Notes: generated from the sequence alone by a model not told the origin. Positions 1 to 11,097 are shown, counted from the first letter of the stretch. The stretch is DNA of 64,000 nt from an uncultured bacterium (GCA_963713855.1 OY970209.1:864001-928000); one strand, 5' to 3'. A program made the numbers and translations.

Positions 1-129
1 CGAGTGTGATACTCTAGAATAGTGCTCATTAATTAAATTTGTTGGCCCATGCTCGGTTAAAGCATTTGTAGTAGACCCCAGAAAACTTATGACCAAAACA
101 ATTATCTCAACCATGGAATTACGCATCAT
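1..129 (-). CDS. 5' part of a secreted hypothetical protein, runs off the window edge
   Basis: Hand translation MMRNSMVEIIVLVISFLGSTTNA-LTEHGP... is open to base 1; signal-peptide-like; AGGG upstream. Confidence 0.55.
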   Translation of the reverse strand, partial: MMRNSMVEIIVLVISFLGSTTNALTEHGPTNLINEHYSRVSHS

Positions 130-387
130 GTACCCTATTTAAAATTGTAAGACTGTAATTCTACTATACCAGGTTTAGCCAGGGGTTCAAGCCAAATACC
201 TATAGCCTTGCTAATACAAGCACATTTTGTTCTTGAATAGATCTAGAATTATAATTTTCTTTTCGTGGCTTCATAAACTATCGGGATTGTTGTATTATGC
301 TCTAAGTTTAGTGCTTCGAGCTCTCATCTATCAAAAGTGGGGCGTTCGAATAAACAAGCGATCAATGTATTAAAAAGGGAGTTTTGT

Positions 388-1614
388 ATGTTGCATGGTC
401 AAATTATTTCTAAAAGTATCTTTTCTATGATCCTGAGCTTTTCCGCGTTGGCACTTGGTCAGATTTTAGACTGTCCAGTACGCTATTCTGAGCCACCTTA
501 TACCTATCCTGGTGGTGCTGCTTATTGGCCGCCTAGTGGCTCGATTCTCGCCACTGCCAATGATATTTTTGCGGCCAGCGTTACTACGTATACTGTTGCT
601 GCTGATGGTTCATTAAGTAACCCTGTCGTTCATAGTGGTCCCTCTGGCGAACAGCAATCCCGCGGTATTGCTTATTCTCCTAATGGATTACTCTTGGCGA
701 CTACAAACTCCGCAACGAGCAGCGTTACCATGTTTAACGTAGATCCAACAAGTGGTGCGTTGAGCAATCCTAGAGCCTATCCGCTGCCTTCTGGGTCTGT
801 ATACCCGAATAGATTAGCATTTTCGCCGGATGGCACTTTATTAGTGACTGCAAATCAAGGTACTAAACCCATTGCGGGCAATATAACCATATTTACTGTC
901 GGTGCACTGGGTAACTTGAATGCCGGTACTTCCTATGGCTTGCCATCTGGAGCTAGTAACCCTGTTTCAATAGCATTTTCAAGTGATGGATTGTTTCTCG
1001 TTACTGTTAATGATCTTACGACGTACAATTTGACGGTATTTAATGTTGGCGCTGGAGGAGTTTTAACTAATCCGATAAACTGGCCAATGCCAACTGGATC
1101 ACTTGAGCCTTATTTTGGTTCATTTTCACCTGATGGTTCATTGTTTGCTGTCGCTAATTATGCAAACTATCAGGGTGGTACTGTTGCACTATTCAATTGG
1201 CATCAAGGCGCTTTGTATAACGGAACACTGTACGATTTGCCAAATAGCTCCACTGACCCAAGCTTCTTAGCTTTTTCACCTGATGGAAAACTTTTAGCTA
1301 CTGCTAATCAGGGCACTAATGATATCTCGATATTTAACGTTAATGGTGGAGCCCTTGATAGTGGAATTTCTTTTAAATTGCCTACTGGTGCTGTCAATCC
1401 TCAAACAGTTGCTTTTTCACCTAATGGAAAAAATATCGCTGTTGCCGACTATCAAACAGATGACGTTGTTATCTTCTCGAGCGTTTGTCCTACAACAACT
1501 ACAACTGCAACAAATTCTGGCGGTGGTACCTCAACGGGCAACGCAAGTGGCCTTTTAGATCACGCTATAGTCAGTAAGTATATAGCTCTTTTGCAAAGCT
1601 ACGTTAAAAAATAA
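388..1614 (+). CDS. Secreted 7-repeat beta-propeller protein (lactonase/YncE-like fold) with Thr-rich tail
   Basis: Seven ~46-aa AFSPxG..LATAN..V repeats; signal peptide; ATG 388 follows AAGGGAG (track start 337 is GTG). Confidence 0.8.
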   Translation: MLHGQIISKSIFSMILSFSALALGQILDCPVRYSEPPYTYPGGAAYWPPSGSILATANDIFAASVTTYTVAADGSLSNPVVHSGPSGEQQSRGIAYSPNGLLLATTNSATSSVTMFNVDPTSGALSNPRAYPLPSGSVYPNRLAFSPDGTLLVTANQGTKPIAGNITIFTVGALGNLNAGTSYGLPSGASNPVSIAFSSDGLFLVTVNDLTTYNLTVFNVGAGGVLTNPINWPMPTGSLEPYFGSFSPDGSLFAVANYANYQGGTVALFNWHQGALYNGTLYDLPNSSTDPSFLAFSPDGKLLATANQGTNDISIFNVNGGALDSGISFKLPTGAVNPQTVAFSPNGKNIAVADYQTDDVVIFSSVCPTTTTTATNSGGGTSTGNASGLLDHAIVSKYIALLQSYVKK

Positions 1615-1721
1615 ATACGCTATAGTTAGCAGTTAATTTTGGCCGCGCCTGTAAAAGTCGCAGCCTTATAAAGCTATAAATGTCGGAAATGCAGTGGGTA
1701 AGCTTTTCCAAGTCCCACCCT

Positions 1722-2607
1722 TCATGTTGACCACAGAGATGTTATTGGCCAAGCAAAAAGATTTCTGCCGAAAGGGATTTTTTCATTGCCGGTATAGAGC
1801 ACAATGCCCTTTAAAAATCTTTCTTTAAATAGTTCTTGCATCTGTTTAAGGCCTTTAAAATCATGAGCTGTGACTGTTTGAGATGCTTTTATCTCCAAAC
1901 CAACAATGGTTCCCGCTTGATCCTCCAAAACGAAGTCAACCTCAGTACCTTCAAGCGTGCGATAGTAATAGAGGTATATTCGTTTTTTTGACCAAGTTGC
2001 TTGTTTTTTGAGTTCCATGAGCACAAAGTTTTCTAAAAGGCTTCCCAGTAAAAATGGGTCGATCGATGGTCTCTCATGGGTGATGCCAAGTAAGTAGCTT
2101 AATAGGCCAGTGTCAATCAGATAAACTTTTGGGGATTTAACTAGGCGCTTTCCCACGTTAATGCTCCAGGGTGGTAGAAAATAAATGATAAACACGGTTT
2201 GCAAGAGAGCAAGATAATGGCGCAATGTTGTATTACTTATCGATACGACGAGAAATATCTGAAACGTTTAAAAGAGTTCAGGTGCGCGTTGCTAAAATCC
2301 TTAAAAGATGAGGATATTCTAGTACGCCTTCGATAGCTGCAAGATTGAGTATTTCCCGTTGCAAGATGGTTGTGATATAATTTTCAAACCACATGGTACG
2401 TTTGTCGCCATCAAGTAGCTGAACATTAGGATACCCGCCGCCAACGTTACCACATTGTCCAGAGTAAACGAGGAATAGCTATAATCTTTTGTTATGCCAG
2501 CCATAAGCGTAGATTTGCCCGTTTGTCGAGCTCCAGTCAGAAGGACAAAGGGGGCTAAATGATAAGGCGTCAAGAAGTTTTTTCTTGATGTGTCTTGAAA
2601 TAATCAT
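1722..2607 (-). pseudogene. AAA+ ATPase / DUF4143 family pseudogene
   Basis: Walker A GARQTGKST, GGYP, KSPKVYLIDTGLL and EVDFVLE motifs; extra C in the C5 tract at 2550-2554, a large internal deletion at about 2435, and further frameshifts/stops. Confidence 0.85.
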
Positions 2608-2682
2608 AAAATTGACCGTTGAATGGTTAAATTTTGACACAAACTACCAAATTAATGCAATGACAAGATGATTGTATCAGCA

Positions 2683-2713
2683 AAAGAGAGCCCCATAAAT
2701 TGGGGCTCTCTTT
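2683..2713. terminator. Intrinsic terminator after the ankyrin gene
   Basis: aaagagagcccca-taaat-tggggctctcttt perfect 13-bp stem with A/T tails. Confidence 0.8.
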
Positions 2714-2737
2714 AATACTTAGATAATAGATATGTGA

Positions 2738-3523
2738 TTAAATTTTTCTCTTGTCCCTTTTTACGTTTTCCTTTGCAGCGGGGGCCCTTTTTTCCACTTT
2801 ATTTTTGAAATATGACCAAACTTTTTCTTTTGTCTTTGGTGAAACGAGATTGTCGTAAGCGAGTTTAGCGGCGATTCCTAGAACACCTACAAGCGTTGCC
2901 CCTTTAGCGCACTTCCACCCGCAACTTGGAGGGTTCTTGTTACCAGTCTTAAGCTCTTTAGGTAGCCCTTTTATCGCAACATCTTTTGCTGCTTGTTCGG
3001 GAGACTCGGCATGTGGCACTGGAATATCTCCGCCTTCTGAGCCTGCCTCTAGAACAACAATACCAGGGGCTTCTTGATTTTCTAATTCTTCTTCACTTTC
3101 TGAATTTTCAACTGCACTTGCGTTCTCAGCTGCTCTTAGATAGGCCAAAACTTTTTCGTAATCGCCAAAACCTCCTACCAGTCCTGACTGAAAAGCTTCG
3201 TGTGCTACATCATAAGCAGTTTGTCCGTTACGATTTCTAGAGTCTACAACTGACCCTGACAAGAGGAGCAGTACAATGGAATGGTTGCCTTTGGATGCGG
3301 CAATATGTAACCCTGTGTTTCCGTTTTCATCTTCTAATTCCTGAAGACTTGGGTCATTACTTAAAAGTTTGATAATAACTGTCAAATCGCACTTATTGGG
3401 CGTTTTTGAAATCTCACTAAACCATTTGTCGTTTAAATCTTTGTCTTCCATGCTCAAGAGGGATTTTCCAGCTGTCAGAGAGAGTATGAGTGCCAAGCAC
3501 ATATACATTTTCATCTTTACCAT
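2738..3523 (-). CDS. Secreted ankyrin-repeat protein with C-terminal hydrophobic helix and basic tail
   Basis: GNTGLHIAASKGNHSIVLLLL and GQTAYDVA repeats; signal peptide ending LLS-MED. Confidence 0.85.
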   Translation of the reverse strand: MVKMKMYMCLALILSLTAGKSLLSMEDKDLNDKWFSEISKTPNKCDLTVIIKLLSNDPSLQELEDENGNTGLHIAASKGNHSIVLLLLSGSVVDSRNRNGQTAYDVAHEAFQSGLVGGFGDYEKVLAYLRAAENASAVENSESEEELENQEAPGIVVLEAGSEGGDIPVPHAESPEQAAKDVAIKGLPKELKTGNKNPPSCGWKCAKGATLVGVLGIAAKLAYDNLVSPKTKEKVWSYFKNKVEKRAPAAKENVKRDKRKI

Positions 3524-3612
3524 ATCTAACTCCCGTAGGTAACGATTAAGGTTTAGAAACTAACTTCTATTTTACAAGGGATTCAGCCAGCGTCAATGAA
3601 AAAATAGAGTGT

Positions 3613-6321
3613 TTATCCTTGTTCCATGACGGTCACGGTGCTTCCGTGAGGGTGCTTGTAAACAAAAAATTGTACGGGAAACATGTCTTTCATACTCGGT
3701 AAGTGTGAAACTATAATGACTTTGTTGAACTCTTCTTGTATCTTATGCAGCACATCGGTGATATGTGCCAGGCCTTCTTCATCCTGCGAACCAAAGCCTT
3801 CATCTATGATGAGCATTTGTAAGGCCGCTCCGGCTCGTCGGGCAAGAAGTTTTGAAATGGCGATTCTTAGTGCAAAATCAATCCGAAAAGCCTCGCCTCC
3901 GGAAAAAAGTTCGTAAGAGCGGATACCTAAAGCATCAGAAATTTTGATATCAAGTGTTTCTTTTGTAGCACCACTCTTAAGATCGCGTACTGACTCAATA
4001 ATAAGGTGTGCAGCGTTATCAGTCAGCTTTGAAAGCAGTATATTGGCCTCATGTTCAATTTCGGGTATAGCCTCTTCTATAAGAAGAGCCTGAATACCGT
4101 CTTTGCTAAAAGCTTGGCTAAGTGCTTGATATTGATGCGTTAAATCGTCAACTTCTTTAATGCGCTTTAGAATTGTTTGAGCCTCTTGTTCTTTCTCTTG
4201 GAGTATCTTCTTGTGTTGCTGGATAGCTCCTTGTTTTTGGAGAAGAGTTTCTTTATGGGCATGACATGTTTTAAGCCTTTGGTCGCGTTCACGTATGCGC
4301 TCTTCCATGTTTGTGAGCGCGATTTCATATGTTTTATATTGTTCAAGTTCTAGTGCTAACTTTTTTTGTTCACTTTTTAAAGCTTTAATACGTATACACA
4401 GCTCATGTATTTCACGCTTCCTTTCTGCTTGAAGAGCCACTTGTATGCGAAGATTTTGCTGTTTTTGGCTTTCTTGAGTAAGGTGCGCAAAGCGAGCATT
4501 CAATTCGTCATACTTATTTTCAAGTGAAGCATTTTCCTTTACGTAAGCCTCGGTTTCTTCTATGCGCTTGAGCGTCGTAAGATACTGAGTATCGGTAGCT
4601 AAAAAGTTTTCAAACGGTGCAACACCATTGGTTTTGCGTACCCGTAGCTCCCGCTCCACGTCTTGTAATCCTCTTTGAGTAGCAAGCTCAAGTCTTGCTT
4701 CCTCTTTTGCATCCGCTTCGTATCTTAGGTGCTGCTTTTTAAGCTCTTCCATTCGTGTACATGCATCAGTATGAGTTTGTAGTTCAAGCTTTAGCGCGTC
4801 GATAGTCTGGTGCTGATTTGCTAATGTGCTCTTAAGCTCATGGAGCACTCTAGCAATACGGTTAATATGATGCTCCACAAGCGAATGCTTGAGCATGAAA
4901 CTAGAATTAAGGTTTGTAGAAAGGGAAGGTGGTAAAGTTTGTGTGCAGAGCGGACATTGAGCTTTTACGGTGCTTACAAGCTCTTTTTTGGTAAAAAGTT
5001 CTTTTGCTTCTTTTTTAAGGAGATTGCCTCTCATTACAAATTTGTGGTAAAAGGTTTTTCTCCGTTCAAAGAGTTTTTCTTCAATTTCCAGTTTTTTGTG
5101 TAGTTCTGGTAAGATTGAGCTTGATTGCTTAATTTTTGCCATTTCTTTTATAAGCATATCTTGCTCAATCGTAATAGCTTTTTGTTTTTCAGACTTCAGC
5201 TTTAATTGCTCTAATAATTGGGCGCGTCGAGCGTCGTACATACTTTGTTGGCGCGTATACTCTTGCATACACTGGCTGTGGTCTTTCAGGAGTTTTTCTT
5301 TACAATCGGCAAGCAGAGCTTTATCTTGAGCTAGTCTTGCAACCACGTTTCTGTAGTTTTTTAGGGTTGTTTGCATTTCTTGTAGCTGTTTTTCAAGAGT
5401 TGCAATTTCTTGCGCCACTGCTTGTGTTTGATGCAGATTTTTTTGCTCTTTTTGAATAGTCCGCCAGGTCGCAACTTTACTTTGAAAAATAGTAAGTGCC
5501 TCTTGTAACGTTTTTGTATGATGTTCATTTGTAACACACAGCTTTGTGTGTGCTTGACGCTGACTTTCAAGACCTCTATTTTCTTGCTCGAGAGTATGTA
5601 ACGCTGCATAGAGTTCTTGCTCTTGTAACTGTAATGCCTGCAATGCTTGTGTCAGCTCTTCAAGCTGTACCTGAATAGACTCGCGAGCCCCTAATTCGAC
5701 GTGTAAAGCTTGTTGTTGTTGCACGCGGTGCTCTTTTTCTTGAGAAAGAGTGCGCACTTTTTCGGTCGCTTTTTTTCGTAACTGCTCATAGCGCTCAAGG
5801 CCAAGTATGCGGGCGAGCACATCTTTTCGCTCACGCGCAGATTTTTTAGAAAATTCGTTTGATTGTCCCTGGCGCAAAAATGCTGAGTTTATAAATGAGT
5901 CATAATCCAAACAAAGAACTTGATTAATTTTTTCCTGAGTACCGCGTATGGTCTTTTCTGTAAGGGGCCTTAACTGTTGCGATTGAGGATCTACGATCCC
6001 AAAATCTAAATGGCTTATAGCCTTACCGCCCACGATAGTATATTCTCGCCTAACGCGATATAAAAGGCCATTATACTGAAAATCAAGAGCAACCATCATA
6101 TGCGTTTGCCCGAGGCGTAAAAGCCCCTCGTCAGCTTTACCAGGATTCGAGTTTTTGCGTGCTTGTCCCCACAAAGCCCACGTCAAAGCATCAAGAAGTG
6201 CGGACTTTCCATGCCCATTTTTGCCAGAAAGACAAATAAGGTGATAGGGTTCAAAGTTAATGGTTTGAACCTGAGGGCCATAACTGATGAAGTTCTTAAG
6301 CTGCAATTTTAAAGGAATCAT
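3613..6321 (-). CDS. sbcC: SbcC/Rad50-family SMC ATPase
   Basis: LKNFISY, Walker A GKNGHGKS, Q-loop LRQGQ, coiled coil, zinc hook CPLC, FSGGE signature, IIDEGFGSQD, VSH; ATG 6321. Confidence 0.9.
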   Translation of the reverse strand: MIPLKLQLKNFISYGPQVQTINFEPYHLICLSGKNGHGKSALLDALTWALWGQARKNSNPGKADEGLLRLGQTHMMVALDFQYNGLLYRVRREYTIVGGKAISHLDFGIVDPQSQQLRPLTEKTIRGTQEKINQVLCLDYDSFINSAFLRQGQSNEFSKKSARERKDVLARILGLERYEQLRKKATEKVRTLSQEKEHRVQQQQALHVELGARESIQVQLEELTQALQALQLQEQELYAALHTLEQENRGLESQRQAHTKLCVTNEHHTKTLQEALTIFQSKVATWRTIQKEQKNLHQTQAVAQEIATLEKQLQEMQTTLKNYRNVVARLAQDKALLADCKEKLLKDHSQCMQEYTRQQSMYDARRAQLLEQLKLKSEKQKAITIEQDMLIKEMAKIKQSSSILPELHKKLEIEEKLFERRKTFYHKFVMRGNLLKKEAKELFTKKELVSTVKAQCPLCTQTLPPSLSTNLNSSFMLKHSLVEHHINRIARVLHELKSTLANQHQTIDALKLELQTHTDACTRMEELKKQHLRYEADAKEEARLELATQRGLQDVERELRVRKTNGVAPFENFLATDTQYLTTLKRIEETEAYVKENASLENKYDELNARFAHLTQESQKQQNLRIQVALQAERKREIHELCIRIKALKSEQKKLALELEQYKTYEIALTNMEERIRERDQRLKTCHAHKETLLQKQGAIQQHKKILQEKEQEAQTILKRIKEVDDLTHQYQALSQAFSKDGIQALLIEEAIPEIEHEANILLSKLTDNAAHLIIESVRDLKSGATKETLDIKISDALGIRSYELFSGGEAFRIDFALRIAISKLLARRAGAALQMLIIDEGFGSQDEEGLAHITDVLHKIQEEFNKVIIVSHLPSMKDMFPVQFFVYKHPHGSTVTVMEQG

Positions 6322-6453
6322 ACTTTTATATCCATGCTTATACGTTAGCAAGTTTATACGTATCTGTGCTTCAAGACAATTTCTTTATCAAAGTAGAGCT
6401 GATGAGCAAAAGAATTTGTTGTTTAACTAACTTGCCGAAATAAGAACACGAAC

Positions 6454-9400
6454 CTATAAGCTTTCTGATGCAATAGCTTCGTTACCACTGAAATTAACAG
6501 CCCCTCCGCGGTGCATGTATTTGTATTTGTAGAACAAATAAGCAGCAGTACCTGCGATGACTGCTAGAAAGGCCAGTGTTAGCGGAACGCCAACGGTGGT
6601 TCCTATTATTGCGCCTAGAGGAAGACTGCTGCCATCTCCTCCATTGCTTTCGAGAAGTGTTCCAACTGTGACATCATTTGAACCAAAATTCGCCGTAGCA
6701 ATCGTTATTTGAGCGTTATTAGTGGCTGGTGAGAAGGTAATGGCAACGCAGCGCGTTGAATTAGCGGGAAGACTATATGAGGTTGCTTGATCAGGAGTTG
6801 CCCCGTTGACGTTAAAAATCGTAAAGCTATTTGAAACACTGTTGGCAGTGGCAAGATAAGCAGCATTGGATGAGGCAGCTATTGATAGAGGGTTGAGGCT
6901 ACCTGGAGGTAGTGGGTACGATGCCGCGCTGCTCAGTGCACCGGACTGGAAATTGAACGCGCTGATATCATTCGAGCCACTATTAGCAGTCACAAGTAAG
7001 GCACTATTAGCGCTTATGGGCAAGAAAACGAGTGACTGGGGTGTGCTAGAGCCTGAAGGTAACGGCGTTAAAGTGCCAGCTCCGAGACTGCCGGCTGTGA
7101 ATGTAAAAAGAGCCACATTGTTTGAGCCCGCGTTAGCAGTAGCAACATGCGAGCCGTCCGCGGTGAAAGCTACTGATGCAGGATTTGTTGCTCCTCCAGG
7201 TAATGGGTAGGCAATTCCATTACCCAGAGTCCCAGCTGTAAAATTAAACACGGCAAGGTCGTTAGAACCTCTGTTTGCTACAACGATGTATGAGTTATCG
7301 GGCGAGAATTGTAATGAAGAAGGCATGCTGGAATTGGTCGGTAATGGATAAGAAACTGCATTTATTAACTGCCCGCTAAGAAGCTTGAATACGGTCACGT
7401 CATTTGTTTTATCGTTGGCAGTGATAACATACGAACTATCAGATGAAAAATCAATTGAAGTTGGAAGCGAAGGGTTGACCAAGTTATAAGGCAACGGATA
7501 TGATTTTGCGGTTCCTAAGGTATTGTTGGAATTAACATTGAAGAGGGTAACATCGCTTGATTCAAAATTTGCCGTCGCAAGGTATGGAGCATTTGGAGAA
7601 TAAGCAATCGCATCCGGCCGACGCGAACCTCTAATGTAGGGTGGCAATGGATACAATGTTCCACCGCTAAGCGCCCCATTTATGACCGTGAATACGCCAA
7701 TATTAGATGAAATCGAATTAGCGGTTATAAGATAAGCACCATTAGGTGAAAACGCGAGTGACTGAGGATCTATTGCAGAATAAGGCAATGAATATGATGT
7801 ACCATTGCTTAGCGCTCCTCCAGCTCCTATGCTAAATACCGACACATTAGCTGAGTCACTGTTTATGGTTGCGAGATGTAAGCTGTCGGGTGAAAATGTA
7901 GCTGATTGTGGAAAGTAAGCACCTGTCGGCAAAGCATAATTTGTTCCTCCACTAAGTGCCCCGCTAGATGACACACTAAATACCACTACAGAATTCGTTG
8001 AAGGAATGGCAAGTGACAGATATAAGCCATTTGAAGAAAATGCTACTGAAAAAGGTCCAGAACTAGAAGGTAAAGTGTAGGATGTACCTGCGCTCAGCAC
8101 ACCGCCTGCTCCTACCGTAAATATAGTGACATCATTCGAACTGAAATTAGCAGTAGCAAGATAATTCCCTGAAGGTGAAAAAGCTACCGCAACAGCACCC
8201 GCAGATCCGGTAGGCAACGTATAGCGAGTACCAGTACTTAAAATGCCAGAGGTTTCTAGTATAAAGAAAGTTATATCGCCAGAACCACTATTGGCGGTGG
8301 CGACATATGATCCATTTGGTGAAAATGCGACTGAGTTTGGTCCCGCAGAACCAGAAGGAAGACCATAAGAAGTTCCACTGTTTAATATTCCGTCCTGTCC
8401 AACGCTAAATAGTGCCACATTGTTGCCTAAAAAATTAGCTGTGGCAAGATATGAATTATCAGGTGAAAATGCCAGCGCGAATGGAGCGACAAAATTAGAA
8501 AGAGCCTCATACGAAGCTGGTCCGCTTAAAGTTCCGCCTGCATTTACATTCCAGACTGTTATATCACTCGAGAACAAATCAGTAGCTGCAAGGTATGAAT
8601 CATTAGGCGAAAAGGTGACCGAAAAAACTGATTGAGTGCCAGAGGTTAGAGAATAAGAAGTTCCGTTACTTAGAACGCCTCCAGCTCCTACGTCAAAGAT
8701 TGTTACATCGTTTGAGACGGTGTTAGAAGTAGCTAAGTATGCGCCAGAATGAGCAAATGTAAGCATTGAAATACCCGAAGAAGCACCCGGGAGCTTGTAA
8801 GACGTACCTGCGTTGAGAGTACCACCCGACAGAGTAAATATGCTAACATCATTTGAGTAGTTTGCGCTAGCCAAATAGAGCCCATCTGGCGAAAATGCAA
8901 CAATACGAGAACTCGATGAGCCAGCAGGTAAGGCATATGATACGCCATTACTTAATACGCCTGCGCTAACACTAAACAAAGCTACATTGTTTCCTTGAGT
9001 ACCAGCAGCAAGATAAGAACCATCGGGTGAAAATGCAACGGAGATGGGATAGCTTATTTCCGATGGCACAGTATATGAAACTGGGCTGCTCAAGCTACCT
9101 CCTGTACTAACCTTAAATACAGTTATATTTTGAGATAGATTAGCTGTAGCGAGATATGAGCCATCCGGCGAAAACGCCAAAAAATAAGAGCTTCTAGAAC
9201 CGGCTGGCAAAGCGTACGAAATAGGATTAGAAAGCACACCTCCCGCATCCACAGCAAAAACTGTAATATCGCTTGAAGGCAAGTTGGCAGTAGCAAGATA
9301 AGAACCATCAGGAGAAAAAGCCAGCATTTGAGGAGCCGATGAACCGGTTGGTAAAGCATAGGAAGAAACGAATGTCAAAGATCCTCCTGATCCTACACTA

Positions 9401-9729
9401 AATATCGACACATCACTTGTATTCCTGTTTGTACAAGCAAGAAAGGTACCATTCGGCGAAAAAACTGCAAAATTTGGACTGGTAGGTCCGGGAGGAAGTA
9501 AAAAAGAGGAACCTCCGTACAAAACACCATTGGCAGCTACATTAAATACAGAAATGTCATTTAAATTGGCAGAAGCGCAATATAAACCATTAGATGAGAA
9601 TGCTAGAGCACGAGGCCATATTGAAGCACCTGGCAAAGAATAGCTTATTTCAGTAATAGCTTCTAGCTTGAAGCAAACAGAATAGAGTAAGCCTATAAGA
9701 ATGAGTATTTTTGTACTCTTTAACAGCAT
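6454..9729 (-). CDS. Large 21-repeat beta-propeller protein with C-terminal TM anchor (paralog 1)
   Basis: 21 AFSP-type repeats counted; signal peptide from ATG 9729 (AGGAG upstream); TM LPLGAIIGTTVGVP...; tail MHRGGAVNF...SESL. Confidence 0.85.
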   Translation of the reverse strand: MLLKSTKILILIGLLYSVCFKLEAITEISYSLPGASIWPRALAFSSNGLYCASANLNDISVFNVAANGVLYGGSSFLLPPGPTSPNFAVFSPNGTFLACTNRNTSDVSIFSVGSGGSLTFVSSYALPTGSSAPQMLAFSPDGSYLATANLPSSDITVFAVDAGGVLSNPISYALPAGSRSSYFLAFSPDGSYLATANLSQNITVFKVSTGGSLSSPVSYTVPSEISYPISVAFSPDGSYLAAGTQGNNVALFSVSAGVLSNGVSYALPAGSSSSRIVAFSPDGLYLASANYSNDVSIFTLSGGTLNAGTSYKLPGASSGISMLTFAHSGAYLATSNTVSNDVTIFDVGAGGVLSNGTSYSLTSGTQSVFSVTFSPNDSYLAATDLFSSDITVWNVNAGGTLSGPASYEALSNFVAPFALAFSPDNSYLATANFLGNNVALFSVGQDGILNSGTSYGLPSGSAGPNSVAFSPNGSYVATANSGSGDITFFILETSGILSTGTRYTLPTGSAGAVAVAFSPSGNYLATANFSSNDVTIFTVGAGGVLSAGTSYTLPSSSGPFSVAFSSNGLYLSLAIPSTNSVVVFSVSSSGALSGGTNYALPTGAYFPQSATFSPDSLHLATINSDSANVSVFSIGAGGALSNGTSYSLPYSAIDPQSLAFSPNGAYLITANSISSNIGVFTVINGALSGGTLYPLPPYIRGSRRPDAIAYSPNAPYLATANFESSDVTLFNVNSNNTLGTAKSYPLPYNLVNPSLPTSIDFSSDSSYVITANDKTNDVTVFKLLSGQLINAVSYPLPTNSSMPSSLQFSPDNSYIVVANRGSNDLAVFNFTAGTLGNGIAYPLPGGATNPASVAFTADGSHVATANAGSNNVALFTFTAGSLGAGTLTPLPSGSSTPQSLVFLPISANSALLVTANSGSNDISAFNFQSGALSSAASYPLPPGSLNPLSIAASSNAAYLATANSVSNSFTIFNVNGATPDQATSYSLPANSTRCVAITFSPATNNAQITIATANFGSNDVTVGTLLESNGGDGSSLPLGAIIGTTVGVPLTLAFLAVIAGTAAYLFYKYKYMHRGGAVNFSGNEAIASESL

Positions 9730-10076
9730 AGATTTCAATCTCCTAAGAATTCCGCCAAACAAATAAGGGCAGTCTCGTTTATATGTTAAAAAGGGATTGT
9801 ATAGTCTTTTCTTGCTCATGGCTTTCGCATATTCTAGCACAGGATCTATCTGTGTCAAAAAATGTTATTTAGCCGGTATGGAGCACAAAGTCATGTGTGT
9901 TTTAGATAGCGAATCAAAAGATACTGCTGCTATAATTTTTCGCCCAGTCTATCTCGCAACGGCAGTCACATGTTAAAACCAAAGATTTTTTGTTGTACCC
10001 ATTCTTTGCTATAGTGTTTTTAGTGATACTCATTTGTATAAAAAAAAATCTGGTACTTAAGGTTAAGGAGTGCGTA

Positions 10077-10688
10077 ATGTTTGTTTTGCCAAAATTACCC
10101 TATGCTTTTGACGCTTTAGAACCTTATATCGATGCTTTAACGATGGAAATTCACTATACAAAGCATCATCAAGGATACGTTAATGCATTGAATGCAGCCC
10201 TTGAAAAACATCCAGAGCTCTTTAAGCGATCTTTAACGGACCTTGTAACGCACCTAAATACAGTGCCCGAAGATATTCGTACTCAAGTAAGAAATCAGGG
10301 TGGTGGAGATTTTAATCATTCTTTCTTCTGGCCACTTATGAGCCCAAAGGGAGTTACCCCGCACGGGACCATTGCTCAAGAGCTTACAAAAAAATTTGGC
10401 AGCATCGACGCATTCAAGGAACAGTTTTCTAAAGCTGCAAAAGAGCGTTTTGGTTCAGGCTGGGCGTGGCTATGCGTTGATAGGACCGGCTCTTTGATAA
10501 TTACTTCAACAGCAAATCAGGATACGCCGCTTGCCGACTATTGCAGCCCTGTGCTCGGTCTTGACGTATGGGAACATGCGTATTACCTCAAATACCATAA
10601 TAAGCGGGTGGATTATATTACTGCTTGGTGGAACGTTGTCAATTGGGAACGCGTAGAGCATAACTATCAGCGTGCACGTTCACGTTAG
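10077..10688 (+). CDS. sodA: Mn-type (Fe/Mn family) superoxide dismutase
   Basis: [45 protein letters not shown] 10077 after AAGGAG. Confidence 0.93.
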   Translation: MFVLPKLPYAFDALEPYIDALTMEIHYTKHHQGYVNALNAALEKHPELFKRSLTDLVTHLNTVPEDIRTQVRNQGGGDFNHSFFWPLMSPKGVTPHGTIAQELTKKFGSIDAFKEQFSKAAKERFGSGWAWLCVDRTGSLIITSTANQDTPLADYCSPVLGLDVWEHAYYLKYHNKRVDYITAWWNVVNWERVEHNYQRARSR

Positions 10689-10997
10689 GGCAGTATTTGA
10701 CCAGCTTGTAACGTTTTCCTGTGATAAGAGCTTGTTAGTATTCAAATCCGGGCCAACCCAATGGATAGCGTCATCATCTTGAGAAAGAAGCTCTATAAAT
10801 TTAGGATTTTGAAACTGCGCTTTTGGTAGCTAAAGTTGTTTGCCCTTGGCTAATCCTTAAGTGTTTGATTATATTGAGTTTCAAGAAGCCCATTAAACCC
10901 GGGTTCTGTATACCAGAAAAAATTTTTACTAGTCAATAATATAATATTCACGATAGACGGATATCAAGAGATCCTTTATTTTTTTAGTGGATTGATT

Positions 10998-11023
10998 GCA
11001 GCTTTTTTCATGGAAAAGGCTGC
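10998..11023. terminator. Stem-loop, possible terminator of a former hsp20 gene
   Basis: gcagcttttttc-atg-gaaaaggctgc hairpin just downstream of the hsp20 3' remnant. Confidence 0.4.
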
Positions 11024-11039
11024 GTGGGGCTCAATTTAG

Positions 11040-11097
11040 CTTTTAGTAACTTGGCTGGGCGCTTTTTTCTTAGGAAGCCTAATGGCAAGCATACCAT
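11040..11097 (-). repeat. Short diverged copy of the hsp20 3' end (direct repeat of 11552-11611)
   Basis: About 80% identical by eye over ~58 bp; encodes GMLAIRLPKKK. Confidence 0.75.

Noticed and set aside
10296..10330. SOD GGGD instead of GGGH as loss of a metal ligand
   Set aside because: The ligand is the following His (NH), which is present along with the other three ligands.
10690..10955. Minus-strand coding-like stretch after sodA
   Set aside because: Interrupted in all frames and not assignable to a family by eye.
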